A DNA stretch of 64,000 nucleotides from an uncultured bacterium (GTDB taxonomy: Bacteria; Bacillota_I; Bacilli_A; RF39; UBA660), in assembly GCA_905216155.1 (NCBI GenBank), contig CAJMSU010000003.1, positions 6,300-70,299 on the forward strand, written 5' to 3'. This document shows, in pieces, positions 1 through 8,326 of the stretch. The position numbers and the translations under genes are program-made. Under the pieces are notes generated by a model. It had not been told where the DNA came from and searched no databases. It saw nothing but the letters and a program-made list of their open reading frames with translations. The number at the start of each line of letters is the position of its first letter. Positions within the stretch are counted from its first letter, which is position 1.

Positions 1-3
1 TTT

Positions 4-1671
4 ATGAATATAGAAGAAAGAAAAGAATTAGCTGAGTTACTATTTCCTAATATAAAGCATGATAGAAATTATTATGAAAATATGTATCCAGAAAGAACTT
101 TAAAAGAAGATGCTATGGTAACTAGATTTGGTCCTAGTCCTACTGGATTTGTTCATATGGGAAGTTTACTTGTATCTTTTATAAATAGTATTTTTGCTAA
201 ACAAAGCAACGGTGTTTTCTTTTTGAGAATTGAAGATACTGATCAAAAACGTGCAGTAGAAAACGGGGTAGAAGGAATTTATAATGATTTAAAAGCATTT
301 GAAATTAATCCATCAGAAAGTCCTATCATTGGCGGTAATTATGGGCCATATATTCAAAGTAAAAGAACTGAAATTTATCAAACTTATGTAAAAGATTTAA
401 TCATTAAGGGACTTGCATACCCATGCTTTATGACTGAAGATGAAATAGCAAGTATCAAAGAAGAACAAGAAATAAACAAGACTAAACTAGGAATTTATGG
501 TATATATGCAGCTGATAGAGATTTATCACTAGAGGAAATAAAGCAAAAAATAGCATCTAATGAAGAATATGTTATTAGGCTTAAGAGTCCAGGCGATGCT
601 AATAAACAAGTTGAAATAATAGATTGTATAAAGGGTAAAATGAAATTCCCAGAACATGATATGGACACAGTGCTATTAAAAAAAGATGGTACACCAACAT
701 ATCATTTAGCACATGCAATAGATGATCACCTAATGCATACAACACATGTAATTCGTGGAGATGAATGGGTATCTAGTTTACCACTTCATATTCAATTATT
801 TAATCTTTTAGGTTTTACCCCTCCTAAGTATGCACATATAGCACCACTTACAAAAAAAGAAAATGGTAATACTAGAAAGTTATCAAAAAGAAAAGATCCA
901 GAAGCAGCCGTTTCTTACTATGATGAAATGGGTATTCCAATTGATGCAGTAAAACTATATCTTGCAACTATACTTAATTCTAATTTTGAAGAATGGTATC
1001 TAAATAATTCTGACAAAAAAATAGATGACTTTACATTTACATTCGACAAAATGGCAATTGGTGGCACATTATTTGATTTAGACAAATTATATAATATATC
1101 AAAAACATATTTTTCAAGAAAAACAGGCAATGATGTTTACAAGGAAACCTTTGATTGGGCTAAAAAATATGATAAAGAATATGCCAAACTTTTAGAAGAA
1201 AATAAAGATTTAATGATAGATTTTTTAAGTATTGAAAAAGATGGCCCAAGGCCAAGAAAAGATATTTCTAAATATAGTGATGTTAAAGAAGAGTTTTCTT
1301 ATGCAATAGATAATCTATTCAATAAAGAAAATTATTCTAAATATGATAAAAACATAATTTATAATACAAATTTATTATTAGATTATGTAAATAATTATTT
1401 AGACTTATCTGTTACAAACGAAGAATGGTTCAACAAAGTAAAAGAATTTGCAACAAATAATGGTTATGCAGCAAGTCCAAAAGAATATAAGAAATCACCA
1501 GAAGAGTATAAAGGACATGTAGGAGATGTTTGTGAAGCACTAAGAGTTGCTGTTACAGGGAGAACAAAGTCACCTGATTTATATTCTATAATGAAAATTT
1601 TGGGAAAAGATAAAATTATTGAAAGAATTAATTTGTTAAATAAATATCAAAAGTGTAAAGAAGAAGCATAA
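4..1671 (+). CDS. gltX: Glutamate--tRNA ligase (long ~555 aa class I Glx-tRNA synthetase)
   Basis: HIGH-region variant PSPTGFVHMGS near the N-terminus and KMSKS-type loop KLSKRK. Length and layout fit GluRS. Complete ORF. Confidence 0.85.
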   Translation: MNIEERKELAELLFPNIKHDRNYYENMYPERTLKEDAMVTRFGPSPTGFVHMGSLLVSFINSIFAKQSNGVFFLRIEDTDQKRAVENGVEGIYNDLKAFEINPSESPIIGGNYGPYIQSKRTEIYQTYVKDLIIKGLAYPCFMTEDEIASIKEEQEINKTKLGIYGIYAADRDLSLEEIKQKIASNEEYVIRLKSPGDANKQVEIIDCIKGKMKFPEHDMDTVLLKKDGTPTYHLAHAIDDHLMHTTHVIRGDEWVSSLPLHIQLFNLLGFTPPKYAHIAPLTKKENGNTRKLSKRKDPEAAVSYYDEMGIPIDAVKLYLATILNSNFEEWYLNNSDKKIDDFTFTFDKMAIGGTLFDLDKLYNISKTYFSRKTGNDVYKETFDWAKKYDKEYAKLLEENKDLMIDFLSIEKDGPRPRKDISKYSDVKEEFSYAIDNLFNKENYSKYDKNIIYNTNLLLDYVNNYLDLSVTNEEWFNKVKEFATNNGYAASPKEYKKSPEEYKGHVGDVCEALRVAVTGRTKSPDLYSIMKILGKDKIIERINLLNKYQKCKEEA

Positions 1672-1729
1672 GTCTAAAAAAAGCTTCTTTTTATTTGACT
1701 AATAAACTAAACCATGATATATTGTAAGT

Positions 1730-1794
1730 GAGATTGAGGTACTATTTTGCAGTAACTTTTATTAAAAGTTCTCCTCATATCTCGCCTTTTTTTT
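1730..1794 (+). terminator. Compound hairpin plus T8, probable gltX terminator
   Basis: GAGATTGAGG (1730-1739) pairs with CCTCATATCTC (1773-1783, one bulged T). There is an inner AACTTTTA/TAAAAGTT hairpin, then GCC and TTTTTTTT (1787-1794). Confidence 0.5.
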
Positions 1795-1812
1795 GGAATA
1801 AAATAATTTTTT

Positions 1813-1821
1813 TGGTATAAT
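1813..1821 (+). promoter_or_regulatory. Extended -10 promoter (TGgTATAAT) for murI
   Basis: TGGTATAAT lies 23 nt upstream of the murI ATG. RBS GAAGGTG follows. Confidence 0.45.
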
Positions 1822-1843
1822 TAATATATAAGAAGGTGCTAAA

Positions 1844-2572
1844 ATGGATAATTATATAGGTATATTTGACTCTGGTATAGGAGGATTTACCATATTAGAT
1901 GAATTAAAAAAAACATTACCAAATGAAAATTTTATATATTATAAAGACAGTATAAACAATCCATATGGAGAAAAAAGTGAAGAAGAAATTTATACTATAT
2001 GTAAGACTATAGTAAATAAATTAATAGCTAAAAATGTAAAATTAATTGTTATTGCTTGTAATACAGCAACTACTATTTGTATGAAAAAATTAAAAAAAGA
2101 ATATAAAAATATTATTTTTGTAGGTACTGTTCCAGCTATCAAAGTAGCTTGTGATAATAATTATAAAAACATTTTAGTTATGGCAACTCCATCTACTTGT
2201 AAATCAAAGAGAATAAAGGAATTAGTAGATGATAATATTAAAAAAAATCAAAATATTTTTATACTTCCATGTAAAGATTTAGCTAATTCAATAGAAAATA
2301 AATTAGAAGAAAAAACTAATATATTACTTCATGAAGAATTAGATCAATATAAAGATAAATTTATAGATGCCATAGTACTAGGCTGTACTCATTATCCTTT
2401 TGTAAAAGATAAAATAAAATCTATCCTACCGAATGCCACTATTATAGATAGTGCTCTAGGAGTAACTAAAGAAGTAAAAAGATGCCTAACAGTAAATAAT
2501 TTATTAAATGATACTAAAAATATTCAAAAAATAGAAATAATAGATACTAAAAAGGATGCATATAATGGATAA
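1844..2572 (+). CDS. murI: Glutamate racemase
   Basis: IGIFDSGIGGFTIL, catalytic Cys motifs IACNTAT and LGCTHYP. 242 aa. Confidence 0.9.
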   Translation: MDNYIGIFDSGIGGFTILDELKKTLPNENFIYYKDSINNPYGEKSEEEIYTICKTIVNKLIAKNVKLIVIACNTATTICMKKLKKEYKNIIFVGTVPAIKVACDNNYKNILVMATPSTCKSKRIKELVDDNIKKNQNIFILPCKDLANSIENKLEEKTNILLHEELDQYKDKFIDAIVLGCTHYPFVKDKIKSILPNATIIDSALGVTKEVKRCLTVNNLLNDTKNIQKIEIIDTKKDAYNG

Positions 2573-3149
2573 GTTATTTTATAAAATGGTAAAACCTATA
2601 ACAAGTTTTTTATTTAAAATTTTATTTAGACCAACAATAAAAGGAATTGATAATATTCCAAATGATGCATCATGTGTTTTAGCTGGCAATCATACCAAAT
2701 GGTTAGATCCAATAATGTTAGTGGCAATATCTAAAAGACAAGTTCACTTTTTAGCTAAAAAAAGCCTATTTAAAGGACCAATTGGCCTTATAGTAAAAGG
2801 TATGGGAGCAATACCTGTAGATAGGTCAATTCACGATAAAAACGCTTTAAATAATGCCATTAATGAATTAAATAATAATTGTGTAATAGGCATATTTCCA
2901 GAAGGAACTATAAACAAAGGAAATAATCCGACACTTCCCTTTAAAATAGGTGCAGTAAAAATGGCACATGATACTAATAGTTATTTAGTACCATTTATAA
3001 TAACTGGTAAATATAAATTATTTAGAAAAAAAATTATTGTAGAATTCTTACCAAAAAGAAAAATATCTTCTAATTTAACTTTAGAAAATGAAAAATTAGA
3101 AAAAACAGTAGCTAGTAAAATAGGAGAGTATAAAAATGGTAGTATATAA
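2565..3149 (+). CDS. 1-acyl-sn-glycerol-3-phosphate acyltransferase-like (PlsC family), copy 1
   Basis: Acyltransferase motifs NHTKWLDP (HX4D) and FPEGT. ATG at 2565 is preferred over 2556 because AAGGA lies 8 nt upstream. Confidence 0.75.
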   Translation: MDKLFYKMVKPITSFLFKILFRPTIKGIDNIPNDASCVLAGNHTKWLDPIMLVAISKRQVHFLAKKSLFKGPIGLIVKGMGAIPVDRSIHDKNALNNAINELNNNCVIGIFPEGTINKGNNPTLPFKIGAVKMAHDTNSYLVPFIITGKYKLFRKKIIVEFLPKRKISSNLTLENEKLEKTVASKIGEYKNGSI

Positions 3150-3699
3150 AATATTAAAAATAATTCTAAGCCCAATATTTAAATGGTATTATAAACCAAC
3201 AATAATTGGTAAAGAAAACATTCCTAAAACAGGAAGAGTAATTATTGTTGGAAATCATAAACATCTATATGATCAATGCTTAACTATAATTTCTACTAAA
3301 AGACCAATTCACTATATGGCAAAAAAGGAATACTTTGATGGAAAAATGGCTTGGTTTTTTAAGATTACAGGCTGTATACCAGTTGATAGAAGTAAAAAAG
3401 ATAATAATGCCACAAGAAAAGCTATAGAAGTATTAGAAAAAGATGAAGCATTAGGACTTTTTCCAGAAGGAACTAGAAATAAAACTAATAAGCAACTACT
3501 ACCATTTAAATATGGTGCAGTCTCTATGGCAAAAAAAACAAATAGTAAAATAGTACCATTCGCTATTACTGGAGATTATAAATTTAGAAGTAAGAATTTA
3601 ACTATAAGATATGGTAAACCAATCACAGTAGATAATAATCTAGAAAAAGCAAATAAAATCCTAGAAGATACTGTAAGGAATCTATTAAATAAAAAATAA
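3136..3699 (+). CDS. 1-acyl-sn-glycerol-3-phosphate acyltransferase-like (PlsC family), copy 2
   Basis: NHKHLYD (HX4D) and FPEGTRN. Start overlaps the end of copy 1. A tandem paralog. Confidence 0.75.
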   Translation: MVVYKILKIILSPIFKWYYKPTIIGKENIPKTGRVIIVGNHKHLYDQCLTIISTKRPIHYMAKKEYFDGKMAWFFKITGCIPVDRSKKDNNATRKAIEVLEKDEALGLFPEGTRNKTNKQLLPFKYGAVSMAKKTNSKIVPFAITGDYKFRSKNLTIRYGKPITVDNNLEKANKILEDTVRNLLNKK

Positions 3700-3778
3700 T
3701 ATGGTAAATTGTGTAAAGTAAATAAAGTTATGTATATAGTAACTTTATTTTTATGTTATCATTAAACTGGTGAAGTAT

Positions 3779-4630
3779 ATGAATTGTGATAGTAAGGTAA
3801 TTAAAAATATTATTAGTAATGACTTTGAAATTGAAGATAAGTATAAATTATATAGAAAAATGAGTGATGTTATACATCCAACAATTTCTAAAAAAAATAT
3901 ATCTGATTATAAAATTGTTCTAGATGATAAAATATTTCCTATTAGAGTTTTTTATCCTAAGAAAGTAACTAAGATAGAAAAAGTTATTATATTTATACAT
4001 GGTAATGGTTATGTTACTGGATATAAAAATAAATATTCAGATATATGTATGAAAATTTCTAAAAACATTAACAGTTTAATGATTTCTATTGACTATGAAT
4101 TAGATTATAAGATGAATGAAAAATATTTTCTTAAAAAACTTTATGATACCATTAGCTTAATTATAAAACAAATAAAAGAACAAAATTTAAATAATATTAT
4201 TTTAATGTCAGATTCAACAAGTGCAGATTTATGTATCAAATTAAATGAATTAAATAACCTAGATATAAAAAAACAAATACTAATTACACCAATAATAAAT
4301 TTTAATTGTAATAATATCATAAATTTATCTGATAAAAATAATAATATTGATAATAATTTATTAATTCGTCTAAATCAATATAATAATTTCTATAACAGTG
4401 GAAAGCAAATAAAAAAGATTTCTAATAATATTAAAAATCAACCAAATACTTTAATTATTACCGGAAATGCTGATCCATTAAAAGAAAACGGGAAACATCT
4501 AGCAGAAAAATTAGGAAGTAATTGTGTATATAAAAACATTAATTTTGCCAATCACAATATATTACTTTCAACTGATAAAGAAATAAATGATGAATTTAAT
4601 AATAGTATTTTAAATTTTATTAATAATTAA
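3779..4630 (+). CDS. Alpha/beta-hydrolase (esterase/lipase-like) with atypical nucleophile elbow
   Basis: HGNGYVTG (HGGG-like oxyanion motif), SDSTSA where GDSAG is expected, late GNADPL and ANHN. ATG 3779 has GGTGA 5 nt upstream; the track start 3770 is a GTG inside that RBS. Confidence 0.5.
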   Translation: MNCDSKVIKNIISNDFEIEDKYKLYRKMSDVIHPTISKKNISDYKIVLDDKIFPIRVFYPKKVTKIEKVIIFIHGNGYVTGYKNKYSDICMKISKNINSLMISIDYELDYKMNEKYFLKKLYDTISLIIKQIKEQNLNNIILMSDSTSADLCIKLNELNNLDIKKQILITPIINFNCNNIINLSDKNNNIDNNLLIRLNQYNNFYNSGKQIKKISNNIKNQPNTLIITGNADPLKENGKHLAEKLGSNCVYKNINFANHNILLSTDKEINDEFNNSILNFINN

Positions 4631-4633
4631 TTG

Positions 4634-4642
4634 TGATATAAT
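4634..4642 (+). promoter_or_regulatory. Extended -10 promoter (TGaTATAAT)
   Basis: TGATATAAT overlaps the first ATG of the track ORF (4641), which argues for the downstream start at 4659. Confidence 0.45.
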
Positions 4643-4658
4643 GAAAAAGGTGATGTAT

Positions 4659-5189
4659 ATGGAGAGGAAATTAACTAAAAAAGAACTGGTAAAAACGTTA
4701 CTTAAAAATAACGAATTAGAATCAAAAGATGAAGAAGAATTACTAGATTTATTAATTGATCAACCAATTTCTATTGATGTAGATAAATTAGAAGAATCTA
4801 AAATGTCAAAAGGTGATAAAATTGCTGATAAACTTAGCGAGATAGCAGGTAGTTGGACATTTATTATTATATTTGTTTTATTTTTAATTGGCTGGATTAT
4901 TCTAAATTCTATTATTTTGGCAGAAGGGCAACAAATTGATGCCTACCCATTTATATTATTAAATTTAGTTTTATCATGTATTGCTGCTATTCAAGCACCA
5001 ATAATTATGATGAGTCAAAATAGACAAGCAGAAAAAGATAGTTTAAGAAACCAAAACGATTATAGAACAGATTTAAAAAGTGAATTAATATTAGAGTCAT
5101 TACACGATGACATGGAAAAAATCTTAAAAAATCAAACAAAAATATTAAAATATATAAAAGAAAGGGAAGAAAGTAATGAAAAAAAATAA
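4659..5189 (+). CDS. DUF1003-family membrane protein
   Basis: Two TM helices followed by the conserved SQNRQAEKD...DYRTDLK pattern. AAGGTGA lies 5 nt before ATG 4659. Confidence 0.7.
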   Translation: MERKLTKKELVKTLLKNNELESKDEEELLDLLIDQPISIDVDKLEESKMSKGDKIADKLSEIAGSWTFIIIFVLFLIGWIILNSIILAEGQQIDAYPFILLNLVLSCIAAIQAPIIMMSQNRQAEKDSLRNQNDYRTDLKSELILESLHDDMEKILKNQTKILKYIKEREESNEKK

Positions 5190-5700
5190 AATAATTCTTT
5201 TAACTATACTAGCATTATTATTAATAACAGGTTGTAATAATAAAACAGAAAATACTACTAGTACTACTGCAAGTGGCAATAGTGATACTACAGTAGAAAA
5301 TAGTGAAGATACCAAAGTTGTAAATTGTACAAGAGAAGCAACTGCTAAAGACAATATAGAAGCATCATTTAACTATCAAATATATTATAAAGGAGACTAT
5401 ATTACTTTACTCCATGCAACAGAAAAAGTCACATCTGTTGATAGTAATAATTTAGATACTTATGAAAACGCTTATAAAAACATAAAGAAGAGATATAATG
5501 GTCTAAAGTATTATGATACAAAAATTACAAGAGATGATACATCAGTAACAAACGATACAACTATAAACTATGAAAAAGTTGATACGAATAAACTATTAGA
5601 AATAGAAGGTAGTGAAGATAACGTAATAGAAAATGGTAAAGTAAAACTAGAAACATGGATGAAGTTTGCTAAAAAATTAGGTGTAACTTGTGATAACTAA
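5176..5700 (+). CDS. Lipoprotein, DUF1307/YehR-like
   Basis: Signal peptide with lipobox LITGC. The mature part has the I..Y.YKGD...EKVD pattern I associate with DUF1307 lipoproteins. Confidence 0.55.
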   Translation: MKKNKIILLTILALLLITGCNNKTENTTSTTASGNSDTTVENSEDTKVVNCTREATAKDNIEASFNYQIYYKGDYITLLHATEKVTSVDSNNLDTYENAYKNIKKRYNGLKYYDTKITRDDTSVTNDTTINYEKVDTNKLLEIEGSEDNVIENGKVKLETWMKFAKKLGVTCDN

Positions 5701-5719
5701 TAAATATCACAAGTTTTAT

Positions 5720-5794
5720 GTTTAGATAGTTTAAGGGATAAAATTTTCTCCTCCGACGGGAAAGATAAGGGTTCGATTCCCTTTCTAAACACCA
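5720..5794 (+). tRNA. tRNA-Arg (anticodon CCG)
   Basis: Hand-folded cloverleaf. Acceptor GTTTAGA/TCTAAAC, D arm GTTT-AAGGGATA-AAAT, anticodon arm TTCTC-CTCCGAC-GGGAA (U33, CCG, A37), T arm AAGGG-TTCGATT-CCCTT. Discriminator A and encoded CCA. Confidence 0.85.
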
Positions 5795-5822
5795 AATATA
5801 TAGATATTTAAGTAGGTGAAAC

Positions 5823-6096
5823 ATGAATATTTTAGAGATACAAGATAGAACACCGACATTAATAAATCAATTATTAAATGTTATTTGTTAAGTATAATGA
5901 AATAGGAAAGAGTATAGGAAAACAACTATTAAATTATGGTATAAAAAATTATGATATCAAAGAATTAACAGTAAATGAAGGAAGTCCAAATGCAGTAAAT
6001 TTTTATAAACACTTAGGATTTAAAACATATAAAAGAGAAAATAAAGATGAACAAGGAAATCAATATCCAATTCTTTATATGAAATTAGAAAAATAA
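5823..6096 (+). pseudogene. Decayed GNAT N-acetyltransferase (internal deletion plus frameshift)
   Basis: ATG 5823 gives MNILEIQDRTPTLINQLLNVIC then a stop. A second frame (5878..6096) encodes only the GNAT C-terminal half (LFV..IGKSIGKQLL..NAVNFYKHLGF). About 60 central codons are missing. Confidence 0.65.
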
Positions 6097-6170
6097 AAAA
6101 TATATAATAAATATAGTAAAATAATAATTTTTGTAGCAAGAAAACTTTATTTATGATATATATTATATAT

Positions 6171-6244
6171 GCCGATTTAGTTTAGTGGTAAAACAGGCCT
6201 TTGGTAAGGGTCAGAGGACATTTCAATTATGTCATTCGGCACCA
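6171..6244 (+). tRNA. tRNA-Thr (anticodon GGT), slightly non-canonical
   Basis: Acceptor GCCGATT/ATTCGGC (T6/T67 mismatch), D arm GTTT-AGTGGTA-AAAC, anticodon arm GGCCT-TTGGTAA-GGGTC, T arm GACAT-TTCAATT-ATGTC (U53-A61 instead of G53-C61). Encoded CCA. Confidence 0.8.
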
Positions 6245-6282
6245 TTGATGAATCTATTCGAATAGTTCGAACTTTGATATAT

Positions 6283-6310
6283 AAAAATCAATCGAAACGA
6301 TTGATTTTTT
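6283..6310 (+). terminator. Rho-independent terminator after tRNA-Thr
   Basis: AATCAATCG-AAA-CGATTGATT followed by TTTTT. Confidence 0.7.
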
Positions 6311-6420
6311 CATTTAGAAAAAAATGTATAATAGGTTTAACTTTAAAAAGAAAAAATTTACTTCTTCAAATACATTTAGATATTTGATATACTATATTTA
6401 TATAGGAAGGACTGATAAAA

Positions 6421-7149
6421 ATGGCAAAATTTATGCTTATAGCTGGAGGAAATGTTGGTAGAGGAAGAACAGATTACGAAACTAAAAACATAGATAAAGA
6501 AATAGTAAAAATGACTGAAAAAGAAGAACCTAATTTCTTATTTGTAGGACTTGCTAGTAATTTTTCTGATTCTTATTATGATACTATGAAAAAAATATAT
6601 AGTAATTTAGGTTGTAAATGTAGCTATCTAAAAAAGAAAAATATTATAAATAATAGAGATATAGTAATAAATAAAATGTCATCTGCTGATATTATATATT
6701 TTTGTGGAGGAAATTCTATAAAACTTGTAAATGATTTAAAGGAATACGATTTAGTTGATCTATTAGATGAGCAAATAAAAAACAACACCGTAATAGCAGG
6801 TATGTCAGCTGGTGCTATTATGTTATCTAAATATGGATATTCTGATTCTTTAAAATTAACAGGCGAAAGTGACAAATATGATTTCGTTGAAGGACTTAAC
6901 TTCTTACCAATAGTTTTTTGTCCACATTATATACCAGAAGAAGAAAAAGCTCTTGAACTATCAAATGATTTAAAAAACTATAATTATAAAGTTGTAGCAG
7001 CAGAAGATAAATGTGCTATTAAAATAGTTGATGATACGTATGAAATTATAAGAGAACAAGATAATATTAATAGTTATATTTGTACATATGAAAAAGAATT
7101 TGTTTGTAAAAAATTAGAAGATAAAGGAAATATAAAAGGGTTGATGTAG
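6421..7149 (+). CDS. Peptidase S51 (dipeptidase E / cyanophycinase-like)
   Basis: FCGGNSIKL, nucleophile context AGMSAGAIM, downstream CPHY His. Confidence 0.7.
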   Translation: MAKFMLIAGGNVGRGRTDYETKNIDKEIVKMTEKEEPNFLFVGLASNFSDSYYDTMKKIYSNLGCKCSYLKKKNIINNRDIVINKMSSADIIYFCGGNSIKLVNDLKEYDLVDLLDEQIKNNTVIAGMSAGAIMLSKYGYSDSLKLTGESDKYDFVEGLNFLPIVFCPHYIPEEEKALELSNDLKNYNYKVVAAEDKCAIKIVDDTYEIIREQDNINSYICTYEKEFVCKKLEDKGNIKGLM

Positions 7150-7151
7150 TG

Positions 7152-8057
7152 ATGAATAAAAAAAGTCAAAAATTTGTTTTAAGTTTAGTTATTTTCTTAG
7201 TAGCAATCATTGGTACTTTTTATCAAAAAAAAGATGAAGTAAAAAATATCAATAAAAGAGAAGAAGTAGTTAATACCATTAATTATGATCATGATTTATC
7301 AGTATACTTTATAGATGTTGGGCAAGCAGACTGTATATTAGTAAAAGATAATGATGAATACGCTCTAATTGATGCTGGCAATAATGAAGATGGTATGAAA
7401 TTAGTGAATTATTTTAAAAGTTTAAACATAACCGATTTTAAATACGTATTTGGAACTCATGCCCATGAAGACCATATAGGTGGTATGGACAATATTATAG
7501 ATAATTTCAATATAGAAAATTTCTATATGCCAAATGCTATTACAACTACTAAGACTTTTGAAGATGTTTTAGATGGCTTAGATAGAAAAAAAATTAAATT
7601 TCAAACCCCAAACGTAAATGATGACTTTAAATTAAATAATGCTACATTTAAAGTCTTACACATAGGAGACAATAAAAAGGATTTAAATGATACATCAGTT
7701 GTATTAAGATTAGAATATGGTAATACATCATATCTTTTAATGGGAGATGCTACAAGTAACGTAGAAAAAGACTTACTAAATAATAATATTAATTTAAAAA
7801 GCGATGTTTTAAAAGTTGGACATCATGGTTCTAATTACTCATCAACTATAGATTTTTTAAATAGAGTAAAACCAGAGTATGCCATAATTGAAGTTGGTAA
7901 AAACAATTCATATAATCATCCAAGACAAGAAACACTAGATAAATTAAAAGACATTAATGCTGAAGTATACAGAACAGATTTAGATGGTACTATTGTAGCA
8001 ACATCAGATGGTAATTCTATTAAAATAGAAACTATTAAAACAGATACTAATGGATAG
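7152..8057 (+). CDS. Membrane-anchored metallo-beta-lactamase fold protein (ComEC C-terminal-domain-like)
   Basis: N-terminal TM helix, then HAHEDHIGG and late GHHGS motifs typical of ComEC/Rec2-related MBL domains. Confidence 0.75.
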   Translation: MNKKSQKFVLSLVIFLVAIIGTFYQKKDEVKNINKREEVVNTINYDHDLSVYFIDVGQADCILVKDNDEYALIDAGNNEDGMKLVNYFKSLNITDFKYVFGTHAHEDHIGGMDNIIDNFNIENFYMPNAITTTKTFEDVLDGLDRKKIKFQTPNVNDDFKLNNATFKVLHIGDNKKDLNDTSVVLRLEYGNTSYLLMGDATSNVEKDLLNNNINLKSDVLKVGHHGSNYSSTIDFLNRVKPEYAIIEVGKNNSYNHPRQETLDKLKDINAEVYRTDLDGTIVATSDGNSIKIETIKTDTNG

Positions 8058-8065
8058 GTGATAAA

Positions 8066-8287
8066 ATGAAATATGCAATCGATCAAATAATAGATAATAT
8101 TGCTATACTAGAAAATATAGAAACAAAAGAAAAATTGGAAGTTGATACTAAATTACTACCAAAAAATGTTAAAGAAAAAAATGTTTTAGTAGAAAAAAAC
8201 GGCAAATATTTTAAAGATAAAAAAGAAGAAGAAGCAAGGCTTAAAAGAATAGAAGAAAAATTAAAAAGATTACAAAACTTAGATTAA
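8066..8287 (+). CDS. DUF3006-like small protein
   Basis: 73 aa. The N-terminal IDQIIDNIAILEN pattern fits DUF3006. It sits directly after the ComEC-like MBL gene, a pairing I recall as conserved. Confidence 0.55.
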   Translation: MKYAIDQIIDNIAILENIETKEKLEVDTKLLPKNVKEKNVLVEKNGKYFKDKKEEEARLKRIEEKLKRLQNLD

Positions 8288-8291
8288 TTTA

Positions 8292-8300
8292 TGATATAAT
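8292..8300 (+). promoter_or_regulatory. Extended -10 promoter (TGaTATAAT)
   Basis: TATGATATAAT lies 27 nt before ATG 8327, with AAGGAGAAGG as RBS. Confidence 0.45.
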
Positions 8301-8326
8301 TAATTAGAATAATTAAGGAGAAGGCT

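Noticed and set aside
918-1130. Short antisense ORFs inside well-supported genes (918-1130, 2981-3175, 5145-5354, 6624-6875, 8284-8556, 14145-14333, 19272-19553, 20783-21013, 28941-29162, 45011-45193, 53084-53269, 60459-60641, 61490-61696)
   Set aside because: Each is embedded opposite a longer ORF with clear motifs. AT-rich DNA generates such Ile/Leu/Phe-rich frames by chance, and none has a convincing SD plus promoter.
1730-1794. Structured 65-nt element between gltX and murI as a riboswitch or leader
   Set aside because: I recognise no conserved riboswitch core. A stem followed by T8 immediately after gltX and upstream of the murI -10 is best explained as the gltX terminator.
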